64,000 nt of DNA from Vermamoeba vermiformis (lineage: Eukaryota): contig JBEWZL010000044.1 in NCBI GenBank assembly GCA_045837725.1, positions 310,001 to 374,000 on the forward strand. The letters are read 5' to 3'. The position numbers and the translations under genes were made by a program. Below, one piece after another: positions 50,805-62,330 of this stretch. Position 1 is the stretch's first letter; each line of letters opens with the position of its first letter. The notes under the pieces were generated by a model, which was given only the letters and a program-made list of their open reading frames with translations, was not told where the DNA came from and made no database searches.

Positions 50805-52448
50805 ATGTTCGATGCCGAGTATGAAGCAAGGCTCTCTCCGACTAAGCGATCCCCGCAAAAGCAAGACAAGAAAACTTCTCCAGCTAAAGAGATTTACAGT
50901 GACAGGTATTATTAAAAAAACATTATTGGCGATTGCAAATGTTTTAATATTCTACAAACTAGATTTATCCCTTCTCGATCTATAAATCTGCAAGAGAGTT
51001 TTTCTTTGTTGAGCAGCGACCCTATAATCAGCGATGTATCTATGATGTCAGAAGATATAGCGCCTAGTACTCCCAAATTGAACTCCTCGACGTCCTCCAT
51101 CTACCAACAAGTGCTTCAAAACGAGCTTTTAAGCTCGCGCAAAGTGATTATCAAAGACGAACTCGACGTCGCTGCCTCCCCACCGCGCGACAGCACTGTC
51201 ACACCTGTCAAACGCCGACTGTTCACCTACCGCACGAGTGAGAGCGAGACCAAGTGTTCAGTGAACGGCAGTGCTGATCACGTGATCAATCTCCGCACCA
51301 GCGACAGCGAGGCCCTGATCACGACGCTCAGTCCGATCAGTGTCGCATCGCAGCGCTTGCTCTCCTCGCCACCCAAGTCCACGCGCAAGATTGCCAAGAC
51401 ACCGTTCAAAGTGCTGCAAGCGCCGAGCATACGCGACGACTTCTATTTGAACGTGCTCGATTGGGGCGGCAACAATCAACTCGCTGTCGCACTCGGCCGC
51501 GCACTCTTCTTGTGGAATGCCACCACGTGTCAAGTGCGCAAAGTGACTGAACTGGATGCGAGTGACACGATTGCGAGTGTGCACTGGCTCGATCTCAAAG
51601 CACACCTCATCGCGATTGGCACCGCACGTGGTCACATCCACATTTGGGATCTCGTGCAAGAGCGCTGCGTGCGCACGATGAGTGGTCACAAGTCACGTGT
51701 CGGCACACTGGCCTGGTGGTCGAGCAGTGCCGCACAGTGCTTCTCTTCGGGCAGCAGAGATCGACACGTGCTGCACCGTGACTTGCGCGAGGCACGTGAC
51801 TGGACCTGCAGACTGGCCGCGCACAAGCAAGAGGTGTGCGGACTCAAGTGGTCAGCGCTGTCACATCAACTGGCCAGTGGCGGCAATGACAACAAACTCG
51901 CAGTGTGGGACCCGCGGTGGACGAGCGAGGACACGCCACTGTTCAAATTCGAAGAGCACGTGGCAGCAGTCAAGGCCATCGCTTGGTCCCCTCATCAGCG
52001 CGGACTGCTGGCGAGTGGTGGTGGCACAGCGGACAGGGCCATCAAGTTCTGGACGACACTGAGCGATGAACTCAGCGCTTCACTGAACGACCTGTCAGAT
52101 GCAGCACTGCCACGACTGGCCCCACCGCGACAGCACTCCTCCATTCAATCCATTGACACTGGCTCGCAGATCTGCAATCTGTTGTGGAGCACGCACACGA
52201 ACGAACTCGTGAGCACGCACGGGTACAGTCAGAATCAGATCACGGTGTGGTCTTATCCCTCCATGCACAAATTAGCCACGCTCACTGGACACACCATGCG
52301 TGTGCTGTATTTAGCGTTGAGTCCTGATGGCCAGACCATTGTTACAGGGGCTGGTGATGAAACATTGCGGTTTTGGAATGTATTTCCTGCACACACTAGC
52401 GCAGGGCCCGCAACAAGCTCGAAGATTTACCGCAATGAGATCCGATAA
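50805..52448 (+). CDS. FZR1: APC/C activator Cdh1/fizzy-related
   Basis: MFDAEYEARL, C-box DRFIPSR across an intron, RKIAKTPFKVLQAP.IRDDFYLN, WD40 repeats and a C-terminal IR tail. Confidence 0.93.
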
Positions 52449-52609
52449 TCCACTTGTGTAATTTGAAAACTTGTAGATAGTAAATAGTTAAGATAAACCT
52501 GAACTCCCTGGTCCACTTGGAAAGTTGTTCGCTATCTGTACAAGTGCAAAGAACCTGAACAATCCAAAGCAGAAACTACTGGTGGACGTCCTGTCTGACA
52601 TCCACTATG

Positions 52610-53927
52610 GACTGCACGTCCCCCAACCATACATTTTATAGTACCAAGTTTTTAATAGGATTTCTATATGCCATGTATGTGGTTAAGCATATTCTCATAT
52701 AAAAAGGTTTGCCACTATGCTGGACAAAGTTACAACATAAAAAAGTATTACTAATGCAAAAAAATTTGGACAGTTAGGTGACGATGAATTGTAGCCAAAG
52801 TTCAGTGGTGCATAAAATACGTATCGTTGTGTTGTGCCAAACATGTGCTGATGGATGGGTTGAAACTTAATGCCGAAAATTTACAAATTGCTGTTACCGC
52901 AATAGCTTTGACAATTACATATTTTCTTGTTATATAGTCCATGTATTTCCAAAGTTAAAATGTTTTTGCAGCATATAGAACAAAGTTCCAGTACATTAGT
53001 TCTTTGCAGAACAAGGACATTTTCAGCCTCCATCGGTTAGCCCAAAGCCTCCTGATGCCAAAAGTAGTCCTTCTTGGGTCCGTTGGTGCATGGCAAAGTT
53101 TGGTATAAGTTGGTCAATTACTAACATCGACGGGATGTCTGCCACTGGGGATGTGGGTTCTTTGCAGGCGGGCACGAGCAGGTGAACCAGCAGGCACTTT
53201 GAGGTCAACTATCCCCTTGAATAAGGTATCCAAAGCAATGCAATCTTGCTAGCAGCTCAATTTTGCCCTTCAGTCTGAGATCTGAATTTGACGGCGTGGA
53301 CAATCTCTATGTTCATTGGAGTGTAACCTGGAAGCGTGGCTCAAAAATGAAGCCAATCACAGGCCAGAGGCAGAAGGTCAACAATTCTTCATAGAAATTA
53401 GTCATAATACACTACTAATCTCCAATCTGCTGATCAAATTTGGTCTTGGACCAGGTGTCCCTGCGTGATATAGCATCGGATTTCAATAAGATTTAGATAT
53501 TATATACATGTTATGATTAAGCATTTCCCTCATTCGGGATTTGCCACAGCTGGACATAATTAACAGATAAATTGATTTTGCGTAATTGTTAATTGCAGGG
53601 CTGTCCGCCAAAATTTTTTCATCCGTCTGTGGACATCATCCATCCGTGGTCACTGCAGCGTTGATGTTAGTAATTGACCAACTTATACCAAACTTTGCCA
53701 TTTGTACCAGCAGGACCAAGAAGTACTACTATTGGTATCGAGAGGCTTTGGGGTAATCGCTGGAAGCTGAAAATGGCAATGTTCGCAAAGAATTTACGTA
53801 CGAGAACATTGTTCTATTTGCTTCAATACCATTTAAACTTTGGAAATACCTAGAACCATCACTTTATACATGGCAATAGAAAGCTGATTAAAATCCCATA
53901 CTATATATGGTTGGTGGATGTGTGGTC
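52610..53927. mobile_element. Degenerate nested inverted-repeat (foldback/MITE-like) element
   Basis: Perfect 39-bp inverted pair 53090-53128 / 53663-53701, extending imperfectly to about 52943 / 53849. Outer inverted pair about 52610-52678 / 53866-53927. Degenerate direct repeat about 52672-52740 / 53507-53570. No credible ORF. Confidence 0.6.
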
Positions 53928-54451
53928 CGCCTTTGGATATAGAGTAAGATTCAGGGCAAACTGCAAAGTCGAGCATAGATGATGCGTCAATGTTCTTGCA
54001 GAACTGGACTTAGTTTGAGTTAGAGTCTTCGCAAAATTTTGCGACAGTCTTTCTGCTGTTGGCCTGAAACTCTTAATCATGCCAAGAGATCAGTACAAAC
54101 CTGAATTGTTCCACTACATCATGATGGACTGGAAATGTTTCTTGTCTGGGACATGCAACTTGTCTGGCCAAATATCTACTGCCAAGAGCCTAGAACGTCA
54201 GGTAATATTAATGGTTGGAAGCATTTCACTTTGGTAGGACTTGATATCACAGCCATTGTACAAATCCGGATGATTTCTGTACCTGACGACTCATCCCACC
54301 CTGGCCTTTTCTATGCAACTTTCTGTAAGAATTGCAACTATTCTGGCGCGAAGAGTTGATGTGCGCGTCAATTTTTTGACCCTGTCAAAAGGCAGTTGAC
54401 GGCACACATTTTTTGAGCCGAACAAATGTATTAACAACACAATAGAGCACC

Positions 54452-55544
54452 ATGCTGCCGCGTGCGCAAGTGACATTGGGCGCTGTATTTGCGCGTTTTA
54501 AATTGTGCCGGTCCTACACCACTGCATCAGATACACAGCAGTTTATTGACACGCTCCAATCCCGGATCAAATCGTCACCACGTCATAAAATGAAAGTCGG
54601 ACCAACTAGCAAGCGAGCTTCAGTCTTAGGTATTATAGTTGAACGAGAGTTAATTAATTCTATTTTTTGATTAATTTTTTGTATTTTTCTAAACGGCATC
54701 CAACCAACAATATTACTAATAACGGCTAATTTGTCATTGTAATAGTACCCTTTTGCCGAATTTCCGATCGCATTTCAATTCTCTATGTTAAGAGATCCGA
54801 GCAGATGAACAACCACCGCGGGGAGGGTACGAGGAGCAGTGTGGCCTGGCAGCAATAATAATAACACTTGTGTATTATAGTGGCATTTTCAGGAGGTATG
54901 GCCGATGAAACAGATCGCGATCCCATTCACACAGCACTGCGCGAGACCGAAGAAGAGATCGGTGTGGGCAGCGAGCGCTTGACCGTGCTGGGCACACACC
55001 ACGAAGTACCGAGCAAGACAGGCGTGATTGTGACACCCGTGCTCGCCTTCCTTGACGCACCACGCAGTTACCACCACGCCGAGGAGCTGTTGCGCACTTT
55101 GACGCTGAGCAGAGAGGAGATAGGTGCGCCGTATTAGCAATCCATATAGCCACACATACATATATATATAGTCACCTTATGTATATAGTACTCATCTCAT
55201 CGCTAGAATTGGCCTTCACAGTCGCGGTCGAAGACTTGCAGTCGACAGATCCAGCGCTCCTCGGCCTCACCACGGAGCCATTGCGCGGCATGATGATGGT
55301 ACGTGTGAAGGGTGTGCTGTCATATGACATGCGTGACTAATGATGATGGACACTACAGCCGCGCTGGAACAAGATTCACCGCACCACATCCGAGGACTAC
55401 TTGCCACTGTGGGGCATGACCGCGTACATTACACAACTAGTGCTCACTCAACTGCTGCATAATAGCACTAATAATAATGGCACTAATAATAACAATAATA
55501 ATAGCAATAGTAGCAGTAGTAGTAAAAACAACAGTGCACTCTGA
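54452..55544 (+). CDS. Nudix hydrolase, CoA-diphosphatase type (NUDT7/8-like), probable mitochondrial presequence
   Basis: RASVLVPF...KRSEQMNNHRGEVAFSGGMADETDRDPIHTALRETEEEIG (NuCoA plus Nudix box) and LWGMTAYI. Confidence 0.9.
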
Positions 55545-55607
55545 ATGCCCTGCAGTGCTGTTATTCGCCGTGAAATATTTACAAGTTGACACTTAAGTTG
55601 ACAGGTG

Positions 55608-57537
55608 TCATTTGCGGTACTTCTTCAGTGAGGAGCTATTATTAGCCTTGTTGCTGTTCTTTGCAGATTTGTTTGCAGTCTTGTTCGATGAATGAGTCGT
55701 TGACGCGTTGAATTTCTCCGCACCAGACTTTGACACTTTGTGTTTGCGCAAATTCTCCGCCTCTTCTTCTCGTTTTCGTTTCTTTGCATTTGTTGATTCA
55801 GTGGCATGTGACACGTTATCGACCTCCACGTCAGTATTGACACGTGTCACTGCAGCAGTGTCGTGATTGAGCACGTGACCGAGCGCCGCGTCCTCGTCAT
55901 CTTCGCTCCACTCCTCCACTGGCACTGTGCCACTACTCTTCTCTTGGTCTCGGCGCTGTTCTATGCGACGCTGATTGACACGTGTCAGCAAGTGTCATTT
56001 GTACTAATTAGGCAACACGTACCTGTTTGAGCTCGCGATGTCGTTCAAAGAATCCGCTCTCATCGAGTCGCAGGCGTGCCACTTGAAAGGCCTTGAGCGC
56101 GGGATTGAGATACTTGAGCACGTGCTTCTCTTCGTGCGCGTACTCCTCGAGCTTGCGACCCAACTTGCCCTCAATGTACTGCAGCAGCGTCACTTCGTAC
56201 TGACTCACCAGACTGATTGCACGACCTTGCCGTCCCTTGCGCGCAGTACGACCCACGCGGTGCAAGTAGTCGCGATAGGAGCGCGGAATATTGTGATTGA
56301 CGACCAGTGCCACGTGACCAATGTCGAGACCTCTGCTGGCGAGATCGGTGGCAATCATGATGCGCTTGACGCCCGATTTGAACAGCGATATTGCCTCGGT
56401 GCGCTTGAGCTGCGATTTCTGCGAGTGCAAGGAGACCACGGGCAGCGTGAGCTCGTTCAACATCTCACTCAACAGCTCGCAGATCACTTTGTTGGCGACA
56501 AACACCACGCACGAGGCAGTCCTGTCGCTGGTCTGCACGAACTGATCGAGCACGTAGGCCAGGTAGCAGTCCTTCACAGTCTGCGGCATGAACAGGTACT
56601 CTTGGCGCAGTGTCGTCACGGTCTCAAAGTTCACCGTCGTGTCGTATCTGAACGGCTTGTTCAGTGAAAGTTGTCCTAATTTGGCAAGATTCTTGGTCAT
56701 GGTGGCAGAGAAGAGCAGTGTTTGACGCTTGGCTGGCACTTCGCGCAAGATGACGGGCAGTTCTTGCACAAAGTCACGTGACAGCAGGCGATCAGCCTCG
56801 TCCAGAATCACGAATCGAATTCTTTTCAGCGACAGCAGCGTGTTGCTCTGCGTGCCCTGTTGTTGCAGACAATAGGCCAGACGACCAGGCGTCGCAACGA
56901 TCACGTGCGGCACTTTGTACAAGAGATTGAGCTGCTCTTCGATCTGATCGCTGCCGCCCACCATCACTTGTACCCGTAAGTGCACGGAGGCACCCAGAGC
57001 GCGGAACACATCGCCGATCTGCGCCGCTAACTCGCGCGTGGGGGTGAGCACGAGGGTGTGGGGACCGTAGGGCTCGCGCGACCAGTCCACCAGACTCGGA
57101 ATCGCGAAGCAGAGTGTCTTGCCCGAGCCTGTCTGTGCGCAGCCAATCACATCGCGACCACCAATCGTCGCGGGCAAAGTGTGGCGCTGGATCTGCGTGG
57201 GGCGATCTACTCCGAGTCCTGCGAGGGCAGTTTTGAGCCATTGAGGTATTTCAGGCATATCATCGAAACTCTTAACTTCGCGATGCGGTTCACTGGCGGT
57301 GCCTTCGATCTCTTCTGTCTGATCGTTATTTTCATCAAGTTGTTCTTCGTCTTGCAATTCTAGTTCGGTGACAAAATCTTCTAGCTCTTCTTTGGTTTCA
57401 ATTCTGCTCTTGGAACCATTATTTGTGTTATTTGTTAATTTTACTGCATTATTTTGTAATTCTGTCTTCTTATTTGAAGTTGTTTTATTCGCCGATGGGG
57501 CTGAAAATAACGCAATTTCATCGTCCGAATCTGACAT
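55608..57537 (-). CDS. DDX49: DEAD-box RNA helicase DDX49/Dbp8
   Basis: AQTGSGKT, EPYGPHTLVLTPTRELA, DEADRLL, FSAT, ATDLASRGLDI and HRVGRTARKGR. Confidence 0.9.
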
Positions 57538-57775
57538 CTAATTAAATATCAGTAAAGAATGAGTGTCAGTTTTTTTTGGGATCCGGCGTCGATCGCGATC
57601 TGGGCGATCCAAATTTTAAATCACGTGCAGAATTACCTCTTTGATCTATTTCTGTATCAACGCGCAAGAGATGTGGTGAATAAGAAAAATATGACAACAA
57701 ACAATGGATTAATCAATTTTGTTTTCGAATTCACAACTATGTACAATTAAATAATAATAATAATAATATGACACT

Positions 57776-60700
57776 TCAAGAGCGATTCATAGCGACTATC
57801 TTGTCCTTCATGGCTCTTAGTTCACCCAATATCTCGGTGAATGGTGGTCGTTTGGTCGCATCTCCCTTCCAACACCGCTTGATCAGGGCTGCGAGAGGTT
57901 TGGGACACTGCGCAGGGAGCTTGGGCCGCTTGTTCTTGTCGCACACGAGCTTCTTGAGCTCAAAGATGTCGTGCACGTCTTCAAAGGGCTGTTTGCCACT
58001 GACCATTTCGTAGAGCAGCATGCCGTACGAATAGACATCGGCCTCCTTGCTGTAGCGCGACTTGTTGTCTTTGCGCTTGCCCGTGAGCACTTCAGGGGCC
58101 TCCCACTTGGGTGTGCCAGCCATGAGTGTCATGCCCTGATCGATGTTGATGTCGCGACTCAGTCCCAGATCTGCCACTTTGGCGACATCTTCGGCGCTAA
58201 TCTGTAAGTGAGCTCATTAGTACGGGCACTGATTGCACAACGATGCCAGTACAAGGCACTTACGAGTACGTTTTCGCTCTTGAGATCGCGGTGAATAATG
58301 TCGAAGGAGTGCAAGAAGATCATGCCCTCCGCAATCTCCACCGCGTACTTGAACACCTTGTCCGTGGACAGCGGGGCACGCTCCACCACTGATTTGAGCG
58401 AGCCTTGGTGCATCAGCTCCGTCACTATCATGAACACACCTGCAACACTGTGTGAGTACCGCGCCTGTGTACATAAGGTGCGAGTGACGATTACCCTCTT
58501 CATCGCGCCGCTGTTCAATGCACGCGCCTTCGAATCGGACCACATTCGGATGCGAGATCATGCTCATAATGGCCACCTCGCGGTAGAAGTCTTCGAGTCT
58601 GAAGGCAAACGAGGACTCGCTGAACACTTTGATCGCCACATCGTGATGATTGTACTGGCCCGTGTACACCTTGGCGAATGCACCTGCTCCCAACAACTTG
58701 CCGCGCTGCAGCTGCGTCTGTTTGATCTCTTTGCTGATTTGCAGCTTGCCTTGGCGCGCAAATTCGAGCAGGGAGGGCAATGCTCCTTGTTTGCAGAGCA
58801 GTGTTTTGAGTTGATCTGCAAAGATGAAATGACAGGTGTCAAACAACAATCTCCACACAAGTCACGTGTCACTTACCGTTGTAGCAGAGATTGACCAGGG
58901 CACGTGCAGCAGCAATGCGCAGCTCTTCACTCTTGCCGCTCTTCATGCGCTCCAACAGTCGCTCCAAGGCACCGCTCAACTTCTCCAGTCGATAGTCGTC
59001 CGAGGACTGCTTCTCATTCGCTTTGGTCACGCGCTTCACCATGGCATCGCGGATGTCTTCCGCACCCGATGCGAGCACGGCAATCAGATCGCACGCATCG
59101 CGCTGCACGTACTCCTTGCTGCCCGTGAGCAGATTGAAGATGAAGATGACGTCGTAGTCGAGTATCTTGCGCTTGATCACGTCATTGTCGCTGTCGTCAT
59201 CTGCAAATTTGGCGAGGCAGTAGAGTGCTGCAGCCATGATACGATCAGGCACATCGCGCAGATTGGAGGACTCGCGCACGAGAGCCAATCGGAGCAGTGC
59301 TGTAACGAGCTCTACAATGCTCTGCTCGTCGTTCTTGAAGCCACTCAGCACGAGAGACTCGCTCTCCAACACTGCGAGGGCCCACTCAGCCAACAACATG
59401 TGCGCTGATCGTGCGAGTGGTGCAATCAAGTGCAGTGCTGCATCGTGCACAATCACATCGGTGAGGCGCGCATTGAGAGCCAGACACGTGTGCAGACTGC
59501 TGCTCTTGCTCGTCTTCTTCTTGCGCGGACTGGCGACGCTGTTGCTGGTCGGTGGTGTCGTGCTGCCAGCAGTGCTCGTGTCAGCAGTCTGTGTGCTGCC
59601 ATTGCTGTTGGTGCTCGAATTGAGGCCATCACCTTCCTCACTGACCTCCTCAGAGATGATATTCAGCGCTGGTTTGCTCGTGTTGTTGTTGACGGCAGTG
59701 TTGAGTGCGACAATGTTGTGCGGCGTGAGATTGAATCGCGAGGGCCGTGAGAATGGACCGCTCAAGGGATGACTGATCTTCATGCCCTCCAGCACTGATT
59801 TGCGACGCTGCTTCACCTCTTCTTTCTTGAGATCTGACACGCGCGTGTTGGGCAGGGAGGTCAGTGTCGCTGGTGCACTGGGCTCGTTCTTGTTGTTGTT
59901 GTTGTTCGTGCTGGGACTGGTCTTGCTGTCCGCGACATCTGCCCCCGTGAGCACGTTCCACACAGTCTGCAGCTTGGAGTAGAAGGAGAGCAGTGGTGCG
60001 GGGGCATCGCTCTTGCTCTTGGGCTCGCTCTTGCTCTTCTCAGGCACGATCACCCCTGTCTTGTAGAACTCGTTCAGCAGCTCTTGATCGCCGGGCAGCA
60101 CGGTCTTGCACAGCGGATAGAGCGCTTCAATCTTGGGTGTGAGCAGAGTGACGAGATCACGTGCCACTGAAGAGATGGAGGACCGCTCACTCTTGCTGAA
60201 CTGTTGGGACTGCAGCTCTGCTATGAAGGCCTGATAGCGCGCAATGGTGTGCAGGTGCGCACTGAGGTACTGCTTGACACAGCTGTGGTACACTGACACG
60301 AGCAGCTTCTTCTCGCCACTGCTCCACTGCTTGTCGCTGTTCAGATCGCGATATCGCTGCAGCAGTGCATCGACCTCTTCTTTGCCTGGCAGGTGCTTGG
60401 CATGCAAGCGGTACAGACGCAGCAGGGGCAGTGCGTGCGTGCCACTGAGTGCCGTGCCGGATGTGCGTCGTGCCTGAATGCGCTCCTCGTGCAGGGTGAT
60501 AATGCGCCGCAGACAGTTGAGGTCAGCGTGGACAGCATGGCGGAACAATGCCACCATATCTCCAATGTGATCTGCCAGCTCCCACTTGTTGACCAGCAGT
60601 TGCGCGTCGATGCCCTTGAGCAGTGTGAGCAATGCACTGCGCGTCTCGCTCTCACTCGCCACACACAGCTCCAACACCTCGCGCAGCTCGTCTTCTTTGA

Positions 60701-61805
60701 CGGCCAGCGAGTCCGCGCGATCTTTGGTGCGGAGATACAGCGCCGTGACAGCAGCCAGCACGCGACTCTTGACGATGACTTGTTCGAAGGAGAGGTAGCA
60801 GCCCTGCTCGAGATCGGGCAGCACAATCACAATCTCACTCTCGCGCAGATCGCGGTACCAGCGCGCACAGAACTCGAGCAGTGCTTTGCGCCGTTCAGGG
60901 GTCTCAATCAGTCCCGAGTGCAGGGTGAGCACGTGCTGCACGGTGATGACGCCCTCGTAGGGCAGCTGTGCGAATGCGAGCAGTGCAGTCCAGTCCTGCA
61001 GCAGCTTGTCGAGTGGTCGCTCGTAGATGCGATTGAACACAATCTTGCGCGACGAATCAGACTCCGCAGGGAACAGCAGCGTGTTGATCAGCCGCAGTGC
61101 GACACCTTGTTGCCAGTACTCGCAGCCCCGTTCACTGCCTACATTCGTGTTTGCAGTGGGCTTGCGCGTCATGTCAGCACTGTTGCTGCGATCACGAGTG
61201 CGGCGCGGCGAGTTGTTGGGCGAGGAGTTGGTGTCTGCAGCGCGCTTGGTGCCCGATCGCGAGCCCCCGCGCTGATGTCGCGGTGTGAGGGCCGTGTCTT
61301 TGAAGCTGAGCAGGCCCGTGCCGTGCGCCAGATCGTTCTCCCACTGTCCGCGGTACACTGCCCCGCCGCTGAATCGGAAGGAGCCCTCGCCGTGCCGCCG
61401 ATCGAGCCACCACTGGCCCTCGTAGCAGTCCTCGCGCGCACTGGCACTGCTCTCGCTGTCTGTGAGCGGCTGTTTGAGCTGTTGACGCGTGGTGCGGTAT
61501 TTGAGCGTGCCCCAGCCGTGCTTGAGCGTGCCTTGCGGGGCCTTGATGTACTCGCCCTGATAGTCGTACTCGTCTGTCTTCACACTGCCCTCGCTCTGCT
61601 GCTTCTCCAGCTTGTGCAGCTCGTCTTCGCTCTTGATCCCGAGCTCGCTCAGTCGTTTGTTCTTGTACACGGCATTGTTTGCTGCATTGGATGCGCCGAG
61701 TATAGCACTCTCACCGAGTAGTTTGAGCGGATCTTGACTCTTCTTCGGATCCTTTGACGTGCTCGGTGATGCTCGGCCTTCACCTCCCGTCGATCTACTT
61801 GCCAT
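57776..61805 (-). CDS. Tyrosine-kinase-like (TKL) Ser/Thr kinase with N-terminal MORN repeats and ARM/HEAT-like helical region
   Basis: MORN: YEGQWWLDRRHGEGSFRFSGGAVYRGQWENDLAHGTG. Kinase: LGAGAFAKV, VAIK, HRDLKSENVL, ADLGLSR, GTPKWEAPE and DVYSYG. Confidence 0.9.
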
Positions 61806-62330
61806 ATCTACTTATCTGATCGATTTGTTATTAAAAGTAAAATCTATTGCTACTGCATCGAAGATTGGCGACATTCATTCAACAGCGAACAGTGTAATCG
61901 CTGAAATTTATTATTTTAATTATTAAATTGAAAACTCGTTTATAATCAATAATTTAATTTCAACAGCTCTCCGATATGCATGGTAATATTATTCGCGTAT
62001 TATACTGACACTTTCTATCGACTTACTTGGATCCTCTATTGAATTAAATTGACAAGTTCGATAAACAACATGAAGATTACGACGACAATAATCACACTTT
62101 CACGATGAATACTAGTCGAGTATTGTCGTGTCAATACACTACTAATGTCGTTATCAATACTGGTGCGTTGATTGTTCGCGCTAACAAACAGATTCACACT
62201 TGTGCATTGAGAATTAAATAACTCCTGTTTGAACGAACACACGTCACTTGAGACTAGTGATTAACAAATACACTAGCTCTAACTAGTTACTATTGTCAGC
62301 AGCGCCACTAATCAGCTACAACAGCGCTAG

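Larger units (their letters stand above)
27321..58841. repeat. Dispersed 12-bp palindrome family TGACACGTGTCA / TGACACCTGTCA (= TGACAGGTGTCA on the opposite strand)
   Basis: Exact TGACACGTGTCA starts (hand-read): 2485 (the only copy outside this span), 27321, 30038, 30510, 31175, 34305, 34891, 37440, 37596, 40689, 42861, 45232, 45841, 55838, 55976. CC/GG-centre form: 32110, 32204, 40493, 42706, 44521, 44650, 45505, 45625, 45679, 49989, 55599, 58830. Many near-matches as well. Confidence 0.95.

Noticed and set aside
53023-53208. Short ORFs within the inverted-repeat island as transposase remnants (also 54135-54359)
   Set aside because: No DDE, reverse-transcriptase or other recognisable motif.
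27321-58841. CRISPR array or bacterial -35 (TTGACA) reading of the repeated palindrome
   Set aside because: Copies are only 12 bp, irregularly spaced and inside spliced eukaryotic genes. There are no cas genes or operons.
60393-61721. 442-aa plus-strand ORF
   Set aside because: It is antisense to the kinase's long exon and is explained by codon bias.
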